This document shows positions 1-13,100 of a stretch of DNA of 64,000 nucleotides, piece after piece (the first letter of the stretch is position 1; every line of letters begins with the position of its first letter). The notes below the pieces were generated by a model. The model was not told the origin of the DNA and did no database searches. It saw only the letters and a list, made by a program, of their open reading frames with translations. Source of the DNA: the human T2T-CHM13v2.0 reference genome, Homo sapiens; the NCBI RefSeq assembly GCF_009914755.1, contig NC_060937.1; one strand, 5' to 3'. The translations under genes and the position numbers were made by a program.

Positions 1-1668
<1,668 letters not shown>

Positions 1669-2579
1669 TAAGGAGTCTTTTAGGGCAGGCCTGTTGGAGA
1701 CAAAATCTCTCAGCATTTGTCTGTCTGTAAAGTGTTTTATTTCTACTTCATTTATGAAGCTTAGTTTGGCTGGATATGAAATTCTGGGTTGAAAATTATT
1801 TTCTTTAAGAATGTTGAATATTGGCCCCCAGCTGTAGTCTGATGGGCTTCCCTTTGTGGGTCACCCAACTTTTCTCTCAGGCTGCCCTTAACATTTTTTC
1901 ATTCATTTCAACTTTGGTGAATCTGACAGTTATGTGCCTTGGATTTGCTATTCTCGAGGAGTACCTTTGTTGCCTTCTATGTATTTTCTGAATTTGAATG
2001 TTGGCCTGCCTTGCTAGATTGGGGAAGTTCTCCTGGATAATATCCTGCAGAGTGTTTTTCAATTTGGTTCCATTCAACCCGTCACTTTCAGGTACACCAA
2101 TCAGACGTAGATTTGGTCTTTTCACGTAGTCCCATATTTCTTGTTGGCTTTGTTCATTTCTTTTTATTCTTTTTTGCTAAACTTCTCTTCTTGCTTCATT
2201 TCATTCCTTTTGTCTTCCATCACTGATACCCTTTCTTCCAGTTGATCACATTGGCTACTGAGGCTTCTGCATTCATCACGTAGTTCTTGTGCCTTGGTTT
2301 TCAGCTCCATCAGGTCCTTTAAGGACTTCTCTGCATTGGTTATTCTAGTGATCCATTCATCTATTTTTTTTCAAAGTTTTTATCTTCTTTGCCATTGGTT
2401 CGAATCTCCTCCTGTAGCTCAGATTAGTTTGATCATCTGAAGCCTTATTCTCTCAACTCATCGAAGTCATTCTCCATCCAGCTTTGTTCCGTTGCTGGTG
2501 AGGAGTTTTGTTCATTTGGAGGAGGAGAGGTGCTCTGAATTTTAGAGTTTCCAGTTTTTCTACTCTACTTGTTTCCCAT
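1669..2579 (-). pseudogene. L1 ORF1p remnant, disrupted and missing its C-terminus
   Basis: ATG at 2579-2577 (MGNK..RKTGNSK..S.SPPP). ORF 1877..2125 matches ORF1p (LQDIIQENFPNLARQANIQIQ). A ~35-bp deletion lies near 1830. Confidence 0.9.
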
Positions 2580-3605
2580 CTTTTTGGTTTTATCTAACGT
2601 GGGCTTTAATGATGGTGATGTACGGATGGGTTTTTGGTGTGGATGTCCTTTCTGTTTGTTAGTTTTCCTTCTAAAATCAGGACCCTCAGCTGCAGGTCTG
2701 TTGGAGTTTACTAGAGGTCCATTCCAGACCCTGTTTGCCTGCATATCAGCAGTGGTGACTGCAGAACAGTGGATATTGGTGAACCGCAGATGCTGCTGCC
2801 TGATCGTTCCTCTGGAAGTTTTGTTTCAGAAGAGTACCAGGCTGTGTGAGGTTTCAGTCCAACCCTACTGGGGGGTTCCTCCCAGTTAGGCTACTCAGGA
2901 GTCAGGGACCCACTTGAGGAGGTAGTCTGTCCATTCTCAGATCACAAGCTGCGAGCTGGGAGAACCACTACCCTCTTCAAAGCTGTCAGAGAGGGATATT
3001 TAAGTCTGCAGAGGTTACTGCTGTCTTTTTGTTTGTCTGTGCCCTGCCCCCAGAGGTGGAGCCTACAGGGGCAGGCAGGCCTCCTTGAGCTGTGGTGGGC
3101 TCCACCCAGTTCCCGCTTCCTGGCTACTTTGTTTACCTACTCATGCCTTAGCAATGGCGGGTGTCCCACCCCCAGCCTCGCTGCCACCTTGCAGTTTGAT
3201 CTTCGACTGACGTGCTAGCAATGAGTGAGGCTCCGTGGACGTAGGACTCTCTGAGCCAGGTGCAGGATATAATCTCCTGGTGTGACATTTTTTAAGCCCG
3301 TTGGAAAAGCGCAGTGTTAGGGTGGAGTGACCCGATTTTCCAGATGCCATCTGTCACCACTTTCTTTTCTAGGAAAGGGAATTCCCTGACCCCTTGCACT
3401 TCACGGGTGAGGCAATTCCTTGCCCTGCTTCGGCTCATGCATGGGGTGCTGCACCCACTGTCCTGCACCTACTGTCTGGCACTCCCCAGTGAGATGAACC
3501 CGGTACCTCAGTTGGAAATGCAGAAATCACCCGTCTTCTGTGTCACTCACACTGGGAGCTGTAGAGCGGAGCTGTTCCTATTCGGCCTTCTTGGCTCCTC
3601 CCCCC
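2580..3605 (-). promoter_or_regulatory. L1 5'UTR internal sense/antisense promoter, CpG-decayed, YY1 site mutated
   Basis: Recognisable L1PA 5'UTR. The YY1 motif GGCCATCTTGG reads GGCCTTCTTGG at 3584-3594. Confidence 0.8.
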
Positions 3606-3740
3606 AACATTCATTTTAAGGATAAATAATATTCTGTTGTGTGTATATACCATATTTTCTTTGTCAGTTTGACTCTTAGAAGATATCTGGATTTCTTTTT
3701 AAATTTTTTACTGTAAATGATGCTGCTATAAAATTTGGTT
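3606..3740 (-). mobile_element. Old L1M-type 3' fragment
   Basis: aataatattctgttgtgtgtatataccatattttc resembles the old L1 3' region on the antisense strand. Confidence 0.6.
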
Positions 3741-3820
3741 TGAAAGTATTAGTGCATAAGTGAATAAAATTTTAAAATCTGAACACATTTCTGCATGCAG
3801 TTCTTAGATTGAATAACGGA

Positions 3821-4045
3821 GTCCAGGCATGGTGGCTTACACCTGTAATCCCAAATCTTTGGGAGGCTGAGGCAGGCAGATCACTTAAGCTCAGGAGTTC
3901 GAGACCAGCCATAGAATCATGGCAAAACCCCATCTCTACTAAAAATTCAAAAATTAGCTGGGCATTGTGGTGCATGTTTGTAGTCCCAGCTATTCGGGAG
4001 ACTGAGGCACAAGGATCACTTAATACACAGAGGCAGAGTTTGCAG
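3821..4045 (+). mobile_element. AluJ-like, 3'-truncated, no poly(A)
   Basis: ggtggcttacacctgtaatccc...gatcacttaagctcaggagttcgagaccagcc. The right arm ends at gaggcagagtttgcag. Confidence 0.85.
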
Positions 4046-4797
4046 CTTATGTCATTGTTTTTAATTATTTTGGATACACCTGTAATTGGAACATATGGAA
4101 CTGTTCCACCTGTTGTGAAACATATGGTAATTCTATGTAGAACTTTCTGATAAACTGCCAATCTATTGGTCACAGTCAATAAATCATTTTATATTCTCAC
4201 CAGCCATGCACCAGGGTTTCACTTCCCCCACATCCTGGCCAATACTTGTTCTTTTTCATTTTTGTTGTTTTGGTTTTCATATAGCCAATCTAATAGATGT
4301 AAAGTGGTAACTTGTTGTGGTTTTGATATCCATATCCCTCATGACTGGTGAGGTTGAGCATTTTTCTGTAGACTTTTTGACCCAATGTTTATACAAGTCC
4401 TCTGCCCTTTTATAAATGCTTTTGTTGTTTCGTTTTGTTGTTGAGTTTTAGAAGTTCTTTATATATCCTGCTTATTATATTTTACCTTATGTACCCAATC
4501 AGTTACATGCTTTGCAAATCTTTTCTCCCATTTGCTGGTTGTCTTTTCACTCTCTTGTTCATGCTTTTTGTATCAAATTTTAGAAGAGGTGGGTTTTTTT
4601 TTCTATCAAAAAACACGAACAACAGAGTGTTTTTCATATCAAAAAATCAGAAAAGTTTCACATTTAAATCAAGTCCAATTTATCTGTTTTTTATTTTCTG
4701 GCCTATGCTTTTGGTGTTACAGTCAAGAAACCATCACAAAATTTAATGTTATAAGATTTTTGCTTAAGCTTTTTCCCAAGAGTTTTTAAAGTTTAAC
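4046..4797 (-). mobile_element. Old L1M-type fragment (ORF2 3' part)
   Basis: Degenerate antisense L1 motifs: catatggtaattctatg, ttgtggttttgat, gttgagcattttt, tttgcaaatcttttctcccatt. Confidence 0.7.
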
Positions 4798-6291
4798 TTT
4801 TTGAAACTTTTACAGTAGGTTCGGGTATATGAGTGAAGGTTTGTTACACAGGTAAACATATGTCACAGGAGTTTGCTGTATAGATGATTTCATCACCCAG
4901 GTATTAAGCCCAGTACCCAATGGCTATCTTTTCTGCTTCTTTCCCTCCTCCCACCCTCTTACTTCAAATAGACCCCATGGTCTACTGTTTTCCTCCTCGT
5001 GTTCATACATTCTTATCATTTAGCTCCCACTTATAAGTCAGAACATGTGATATTTGGTTTTCTCTTCCTGTGTTAGTTTGCTAAGGACAATAGTATCCAG
5101 TTATGTCTATGTTTCCACAAAGGACATAATCTCATTCTTTTTTATGGGTGCATAGTATTCCATAATGTATACGTAGCACATTTTGTTTATCTAATCTGTT
5201 ACTGATAGTATTTAGGTTGATTCCATGTCATTGCTGTTGTGAATAGGGCTGCAGTGAACATTTGCATGCATGTGTCTTTATGGTAGAATAATTCCTATTT
5301 TTCTGGAAATATACGCAGTAATGGGATTGCAAGCAGAACTATTGAATGGTAGTTCTGCTTTTAGCTCTTTGAGGAATTGCCAAACTGCTTTCCACAGCAG
5401 TTGAACTAGTTTACACTCCCACCAACAGTGTATAAGTTCCCTTTTCTCTACAACCTCTCCAGCATTTATTGTTTGACTATAGCCATTCTGACTAGTGTGA
5501 GATGGCATTTCATTGTGGTTTTAATTTTCACTTCTCTAACTATCATTGATGCTGAGCTTTTTCTCATACACTTATTGGCCTCATGTATGTCTTCTTTCAA
5601 AAACTGTCTGTTCATGTCTTTGCCCACTTTTTAATGGGGTTGTTTTTCTTTTGTAAATTTAAGTTCCTTATAGATGATAGATATTAGACCTTTGTTAGAT
5701 GGATAGTTTACAAATATTTTTTCCACTCCATAGGTTTTCTGTTTACTCTAATAGTTTTTTTTCTGCTATGCAAAATCTCTTTACTTTAATTAAATCCTAC
5801 TTGTTAATTTTTGCTTTTCTTGCTATTGCTTTTGGTCTTTCTATCATGAAATCTTTGCCCGTTCCTATATCCAGGATGGTATTGCCTGGATTGTCTTTCA
5901 TGGTTTTTATACATAAAGATTTTATATTTAAGTCTTCAATCAGTCTTGAGTTGATTTTTTTTTTTGTATATGATGTAAATAAGGGGTCCAGCTTCAATCT
6001 TCCACATATTGCCAGCCAATTATTTCAGCATCACTTATTGAATAAATCATCTTTTTCTCATTGCTTGTTTTTGTCAGCCTTGTCAATTATCACATGGGCA
6101 TAGATGTGCAGCCTTGTTTCTGGGCTCTCTATTCTGCTCCATTTGTCTATGTGTCTGTTTTTGTATCAGTATTATGCTGTTTTCGTTACTATAGCCCTGT
6201 AGTGTAATTTGAAGCCAGGCAACCTGATGCCTGCAGCTTTGTTCTTTTTTGCTTAGGATTGCCTTGGCTATGTGTGCTCCTTTTTGGTTTC

Positions 6292-6586
6292 ATATATATA
6301 TATATATTTGATGGAATGTCACTCTGTCATCAGGCTGGAGTGCAGTGGTGCAATCTCAGCTCACTGCAACCTCTGACTCCCTGGTTCAATGGAGTCTCCT
6401 GCCTCAGCCTCCCGAGTAGCTGGGATTACAAGCGCTTGCCACTACGCCCAGCTATTTTTTGTATTTTTAGTTGAGAAGGAGTTTCACCATGTTGGCCAGG
6501 ATGGTCTCGATCTCCTGACCTCATGATCTGCACCCCTCGGCCTCCCAGAGTGCTGGGATTACAGGCGTGAGCCACTGCACCCAGCC
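6292..6586 (-). mobile_element. AluS (AluSc-like) with (TA)n-type tail, inserted in L1
   Basis: Full antisense Alu ending gtgagccactgcacccagcc, containing gccaggatggtctcgatctcc. (TA)n at ~6292-6307. Confidence 0.9.
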
Positions 6587-7473
6587 TATAGGAATTTTAA
6601 AATAGTTTTTTCTAGCTCTGTAAAAAATTTTATTGGCAGTTTGATGGAAATAGCATTAAATCTGTCAATTGCTTTGTGAAGTATAGCCATTTTAGTCATA
6701 TTGGATCTTCCTATCCATGAGCATGGGGTGGTTTTCCATTTGTTTGTGTCTTCTCTGATTTCTTTGAGCAGTGTTTTTTAATTCTCATTGTAGAGCTCTT
6801 TCACCTCCCTGGTGAGCTGCATTTCCAGGTATTTTATTATTTTTGTGGCAATTGTGAATGGTATGGCCTTTCTGATTTTGCTGTCAGTGTGGTTATCATT
6901 GGTGTAGAGAAATGTTAGTGATCTTTGCACATTGATTTAGTATCTTGAAACTTCGCTGAAGTTGTATGTTAACTAAAGAAGCTTTGTAGCTGAAACTACA
7001 GGGTTTTCTAGATGTAGAATTATGTTATCTACAAACAGAAATAGTTTGGCTTTCTCTCTTCCTATTTGGATGCTTTTTGTATTTCTTTCTCTAGCCTGAT
7101 TGCTCTGGTCAGGTCTTTCAATACTATGTTGAATAGAAATGGTGAGAGAGGGCATTCTTGCCTTGTGCTGGTTTTCAAAAAAAAAACGCTCCCAACTTTT
7201 GCCCATTCAACAGATTGTTGGCTGTGGGTTTGTTATACACGGCTTTTATTATTTTCTGCATCTATTGGGATAATCGTGTGTTTTTTGTTTTTAGTTCTGT
7301 TTATGTGATGTATTACATTTATTGATTTGCACATGCTGGACCAACCTTGCATCCTAAGAAGGCAGCCTACTTGATAATGACGGATTACCTGTTTGATGCG
7401 CTGCTGGATTTGGTTTACAAATATTTTTCTGAGAACTTTTGTATTGATGTTTGCCAAGAATATTGGCCTGAAG

Positions 7474-7481
7474 TTTTCTTT

Positions 7482-7533
<52 letters not shown>

Positions 7534-7563
7534 TTCTTTCTTTCTTTCTTTTTTTTTTTTTTT
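7474..7563. repeat. (TTTC)n microsatellite plus poly(T), derived from an Alu tail
   Basis: Directly visible tandem TTTC run followed by a T-tract. Confidence 0.95.
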
Positions 7564-7716
7564 GACAGAGTCTCCCTCTGTTGCCCAGGCTGGAGTGCAC
7601 TGGCGCAATCTCTGCTTAATGCAAGCTCCGCCTCCTGGGTTCATGCCATTCTCCTGCCTCAGCCTCCCAAGTAGCTGGGACTACAGTTGTCTGCTACCAA
7701 GCCCGGCTAATTTTGT
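7564..7716 (-). mobile_element. AluY right arm only (5'-truncated), inserted in L1
   Basis: gcaagctccgcctcctgggttcatgccattctcc is AluY-type. L1 sequence resumes at ttgttgtgtctctgc. Confidence 0.85.
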
Positions 7717-8103
7717 GTTTTTGTTGTGTCTCTGCAAGGTTTTGGTGTCAAGATCATGCTGTCCTCATAGAATGAGTTGAGGAGGAGACCGTCCTCCTCA
7801 ATTTTTGGGGATAGTTTCTGTAGGAATTGTACCAGCTCTTCTTTGTACATTTGGTAGAATTTGGCTGTAAATCCATAAAGTCCAGGGCTTTTATTTTTTT
7901 TATTGGCAAGCTACTTATTACCTATATAATATCAGAGCTTTTTATTGGTCCATTCAGGAAATAATTGTCTTCCTGGCTTAATCTTGGGAGATTGTGTATA
8001 TCTAGTAATGTATCTATTTCTTTAAGGTTTTCTAGTTTGTGTGTATAAAGGTGTTCATGTTAGTACTGACCCCACATAAATAAAAACAACCATTAGAAAC
8101 CAC

Positions 8104-8790
8104 TAAAGTTGAACACTTATGTCTTTAATCTATTTTTATTTAATTTTTGTACTTGGAATGTGATAAAGATTCAACTTTACTGGTTTAAATGTGGACTTGT
8201 TTTCCCAGCATTTATTGTGGAACAAACTGTCCTTTTCTTTACATAATGATTAAGGCACCCTTGTCAAAAGACAATCAATAATTTATGCAAGGGTTTTTTG
8301 GATTATCTATTTTATTTATTTGATATCTACAATTGTTCTTATGCCACTAGCAAACTGTTATAGTAGCTTTGTATGTTTTCAAATTTAAAATTGTGAAATA
8401 TCTAATTTTGTTCTTCTTTTCAAGATTATTCTGTACGTTCAGAGGATTTTCAAATTTCATATGAAGTTTTAAATGAATTATTTTGTTTTTGCAAAAGAAA
8501 AGTTGGAAAAATTAAACATTGGGATTACAGTACATCTGTACACTACTTTGGGTGGTAGTATTTTCATCTTAACTTCATTAAGTCTTCCGGTACAGGAATA
8601 TGGAATTTGTTGCTAGTTATTTAAGTCCTTTTTAGTTTTTTTCATAAATATTCTGATCCTGTTTTTTTATTGTACAAAATATGTACCTTCTTATTAAATT
8701 TATTGCTAAGAATTGTATTATTTTAATGTTGTTGCAAACAATTGTTTTATTAATTTACTGTCAAATTGTTCATTGTTGGTATATGGAAAT
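8104..8790 (-). mobile_element. Old L1M-type fragment, continuation of 4046-4797
   Basis: ttttcccagcatttatt, ggcacccttgtcaaaa and ttgttcttcttttcaagatt continue collinearly from the fragment interrupted at 4797. Confidence 0.7.
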
Positions 8791-9029
8791 GCACTTTATG
8801 TTTCTGTGTTGTAAAAATAATTATTTCATCTCCAAATCTAGACTAGCAATTCATTCAGAATAAGTATGCAGTACAAATTGGTAGTCATTTAACTTTTTCC
8901 AATAAGCTAACCAATTACACTGTGTCTAAATATGTAAAAATGTTGAATTGTGTTAGATTTTCACTTACCCTCACCTGTCATTTATCAGTCAGAATTACAT
9001 TACTGCACACATAGAACTTTCATTTCTGG

Positions 9030-9233
9030 GGCCGGGCATGGTGGCTCATGCCTATATTCCTAGCACTTTGTGAGACCAAGGCAGGCCGACTACCTGAGAT
9101 CAGGAGTTCGAGACCAGCCTGACCAACATGGTAAAACCCTGCCTCTACTAAAAATAGAAAAATAAACTGAGTGTGGCCGTGGGAGCCTGTCCTCCAGCTA
9201 CTTTGGAGGCTGACACAGGATAATCACTTGAAC
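9030..9233 (+). mobile_element. AluS (Sx/Sp/Sq-like), 3'-truncated
   Basis: ggccgggcatggtggctcatgcc...acctgagatcaggagttcgagaccagcctgaccaacatgg. It stops at aatcacttgaac. Confidence 0.88.
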
Positions 9234-9269
9234 AATCCCACAACACAAAACAACAAAAGTTAGTCTTCA

Positions 9270-10160
9270 TGTCAAAAATCTTCAATGGATGTTTTTCATC
9301 ACAGGATTGTTTAGTGCAACATTTTATGGAAAAGATGCATGCTACTGAGATGTAGTTCTCCAAAAGTATCTTAGAGTTTGTTGTTTTGTTATGTCTTACC
9401 TCACACACCTGTCCTGTTCCAGGCTATTTTTCAAAGATTTTTGTATACAAATAACCTGGAAAAAGGGTAGTAGTTTTTCTCTTCAGGTGAATGGCAGATA
9501 AATTACTCAATCAATATAATAAAGACAATTTTTCTCTGTGAGGCAAAGTTTGGACAGGTTTGCATGTAACCTACTTTAAGAAGATTAAGGTTTCTTAGTC
9601 TTGAGCCTGCTCAGCTGTGACACAAATCTTCCCCATGTGCAATGTCCATCTGAGCCTTTTGAAATCCCTCTAAAAAATGTAGTATGGACAAGGAGAACTA
9701 ATACAAATATGAGGCTTTTGCCTCCAGGTAGACAGTAAATAGTAGGTATTTTTTTCATACTTCAGTGTCTCATGCCTTCTACCAGCATCCATGGAAATGG
9801 AAGGTTAATAGGTTTGTTTACAAATAGGATGAAATCTTAGATCCTTCACAATTATTTAATTTTGGAGATGACAATGGGATGCTGAGATAAACACAACTTT
9901 CTGAAAGGGGAAAATACACAAATACTTGAAGAGCTTGCAACGGATATGAAAATTTCCCCTAGGACTAACAGCAACTTCTCTCAGCCAAGTGGTTAGTTTG
10001 GTGAAACAAGGGATCAACACTCTGCTGTCTGCTAATGAGACTGATCCTTGAGAGGATTATAACAATGAGACTGAGAGCTTTGCATGTTCATTTTTCTCCT
10101 GCTGGAAAGATCAAGGACCTCTTAAAGCTAATGTTGAGGCTTGGATGAGTCCAAAACACT
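9270..10160 (+). mobile_element. Degenerate ERVL-class LTR (MER76-like, ~9270-9858) followed by internal sequence
   Basis: Motifs tataataaagac, ctcagctgtgacacaaa, ttctaccagcatccatg and aaatcttagatccttcaca match my recollection of MER76. ttttggagatgacaatgggatgctga resembles the start of the internal region. Boundaries are approximate. Confidence 0.55.
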
Positions 10161-13100
10161 AGAAGTTCACCTCTGTGAGATGAATGCACACATCACAAAG
10201 AAGTTTCTCAGAATGCATCTGTCTAGTTTTTATGTGAAGATATTTCCTTTTCCACCATAGGAGGCAAACTTCTCCAAATATACATTTGCAGATGCTACAA
10301 AAAGAGTGTTTCAAAACTACTCAACGAAAAGAAAGGTTCAACTCTGTGAGATGAGTGCACACATCACAGAGAAGTTTCTCAGAATGCTTCTGTCTAGTTT
10401 TTATGTGAATAGGTTTGTTTTACACCATAGGCCTCTAAGCGCTTCAAATATCCACTTGCAGATTCACCAAAAACAGTGTTTCAAAACTGTTCAATCAAAG
10501 GAAAGGTTTAAATCTGTGAGATGAATGCACACATCACAAAGAAGTTTCTTAAAATGCATCTGTCTAGTTTTGATGCAAAGATATTTGCTTTTCCACCAAA
10601 GGCTTAAAAGCACTCCAAATATTCACTTGCAGATTTTACAAAAAGAGTGTTTCAAAACTGCTCAATCAAAAGAAAGGTTCAACTCTGTGAAATGAATGCA
10701 CAAATCACAGAGAAATTTCTCAGAATGCTTCTGTCTAGTTTATATGTGAAGATATTTCCTTTTACACCATAGACCTCAAACCGCTTCAAATATCCATTTA
10801 CAGATACTACAAAAAGAGTGTTTCAAAACTGCTCAATCAAAAGAAAGGTTCAACTCTGTCACATGAACGCGCACATCACAAAGAAGTTTTTCATAATTCT
10901 TCCGTCTAGTTTTTATGTGAAGATACTTCCTTTTACACCGTATGCAGCAAAGCGCTCCAAATACCCTCCTGCAGATTCTACAAAATGAGTGTTTCAACAC
11001 TACTCAATCAAAAGAAAGTTCCACTCTGTGAGATGAATGCACACATCACAAAGAAATTTCTCAGAATGCTTCTGTGTAGTTTTTATGTGATGATATTTCC
11101 TTTTCCACAATAGGCCTTAAAGCACTCCAAATATCCACTTGCAGATTCTACAAAGGAGTGTGTCAAAACTGTGCAATCAAAAGAAAGATTTAACTCTGTG
11201 AGATGAATGCACACATCACCAAGAACTTTCTCAGAATGCTTCTGTCTAGTTTTTATGTGAAGATATTTCCATTTCCACTGTGGGCCACAAAGGGCTCCAA
11301 ATATCCACTTGCAGATTCTACAAAAAGAGTGTTTCAAAACTGCTAAATCAAAAGAAAGATTCTACTCTGTGAGTTGAATGCACACATCAAAGAAGTTTCT
11401 CAGAGTGCTTCCATCAAGTTTTTATGTGGAGATATTTCCTTTTCCACCATAGGCCCCTAAGCGCTCCAAATATCCGCTTGCAAATTCTACAAAAAGAATG
11501 TTTGAAAACTGCTGAATCAAAAGAAATGTTCACCACTGTAAGATGAATGTGCACCTCACAAAGAAGTTTCTCAGAAAGATTCTGTCTAGTTTTTATGTGA
11601 AGATATATCCTTTTGCACCGTAGACCTCAAAACGATCCATATATCCATTTGCAGATTCTACAAAAAGAGTGTTTCAAAACTGCTCAATCAAAAGAAAGGT
11701 TAAGTTCTGTGAGATGAATGCACACATTACAAAGAAGTTTCTCAGAATGCTGCTGTCTAGTTTTTATGTGAAGATGTTTCATTTTCCACCATACGCCTCA
11801 AAGTGCTCTAAATATCCACTTGCAGATTATACAAAAAGAGTGTTTCAAAACAGCTCAATCAAAAGAAATGTTCAACTCTGTGAGATGAATGCAGACATCA
11901 CAAAGAAGTTTCTCAGATTGCTTCTGTCTAGTTTTTATGTGAAGATATTTATTTTCCACCATAGGCCGCAAAGCGCTCCAAATATCCACTTGCAGATTCT
12001 ACAAAAAGAGTGTTTCAAAAGGCTAAATGAAAAGAAAGGTTCAACTCTGTGATATATATGCACACATCACAAAGAAGTTTCTCAGAATGCTTTTGTCTAC
12101 TATTTATGTGAAGGTATTTCCTTTTCCAAAATATGCCCCAAAGCACTCCTATTATCCACAGGCAGATTCTACAAAAAGTGTCTCAAAATTGCTCAATCAA
12201 AAGAAAATTTCAACTCTGTGAGATGAATGCAAACATCACAAAGAAGTTTCTCAGAATGCTTCTGTCTAGTTTTTAAGTGAAGATATTTCCTTTTCCTCCA
12301 TAGGCGTCAAAGTGCTCCAAATATCCTCTAGCAGATTCTACAAAAAGAGTGTTTCAAAACTGCTTAATCAAAAGAAATGTTCAACTCTGTGAGAGGAATG
12401 CACACATCACAAATAAGTTTCTCAGAATGTTTCCTCTAGTTTTTATGTGAAGATATTTCCTTTTCCACCATAGTCCTCAAAGCGCTCCAAATATCCACTG
12501 GCCAATTCTCCAAAAAGAGCATTTCAAAACTGCTCAATCAAAAGAAATTTTCAAATCTGTGAGATGAATGTGCACATCACAAAGAAGTTTCTCAGAATGC
12601 TTCTGTGTAGCTTTTATGTGAAGATATTCCATTTTCCACAATAGGCCTCAAGTGTCTCCAAAAGTCCACTTGCAGATTCTACAAAAAGAGAGTTTCAAAA
12701 CTGCTCAGTCAAAAGAAAGGTTAAACTCTCTCTGATGAATGCACACATCACAAAGAAGTTTCTCAGAATGCTTCCATCTAGTTTTTATGTGGAGATATTT
12801 CCTTTTCCGCCATCGGCCCCTAAGCACTCCAAATATCCACTTATAGATTCTTCAAAAAGCATGTTTCAAAACTGCTGAATCAAAAGAAAGGTTCAACTCT
12901 GTGAGTTGAATGCACATATCAGAGAAAAGTTTCTCAGAATGCTTCTATCTAGTTTATATGTGAAGGTATTTCCTTTTCCATCATACTCATCAAAGCGTTC
13001 CAAATATTCACTTGCACATTCTACAAAAAGAGTGTATCAAATCTGCTCAGTGAAAAGAATGGTTCAATTTGGTGAGATAAATGAACACATCATGAGGAAG

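Larger units (their letters stand above)
4798..8103 (-). mobile_element. Older primate L1 (L1PA10-16 range), 5'-truncated with short 5' inversion
   Basis: 3'UTR atttcatcacccaggtattaagcccagtaccc. ORF2 remnants [15 protein letters not shown] and [16 protein letters not shown]. Candidate TSD taaagtttaac (4787-4797) / taaagttgaac (8104-8114). Confidence 0.85.

Noticed and set aside
7347-7780. K/E/R-rich and F/L/S-rich ORFs
   Set aside because: Translations of the (TTTC)n microsatellite and Alu.
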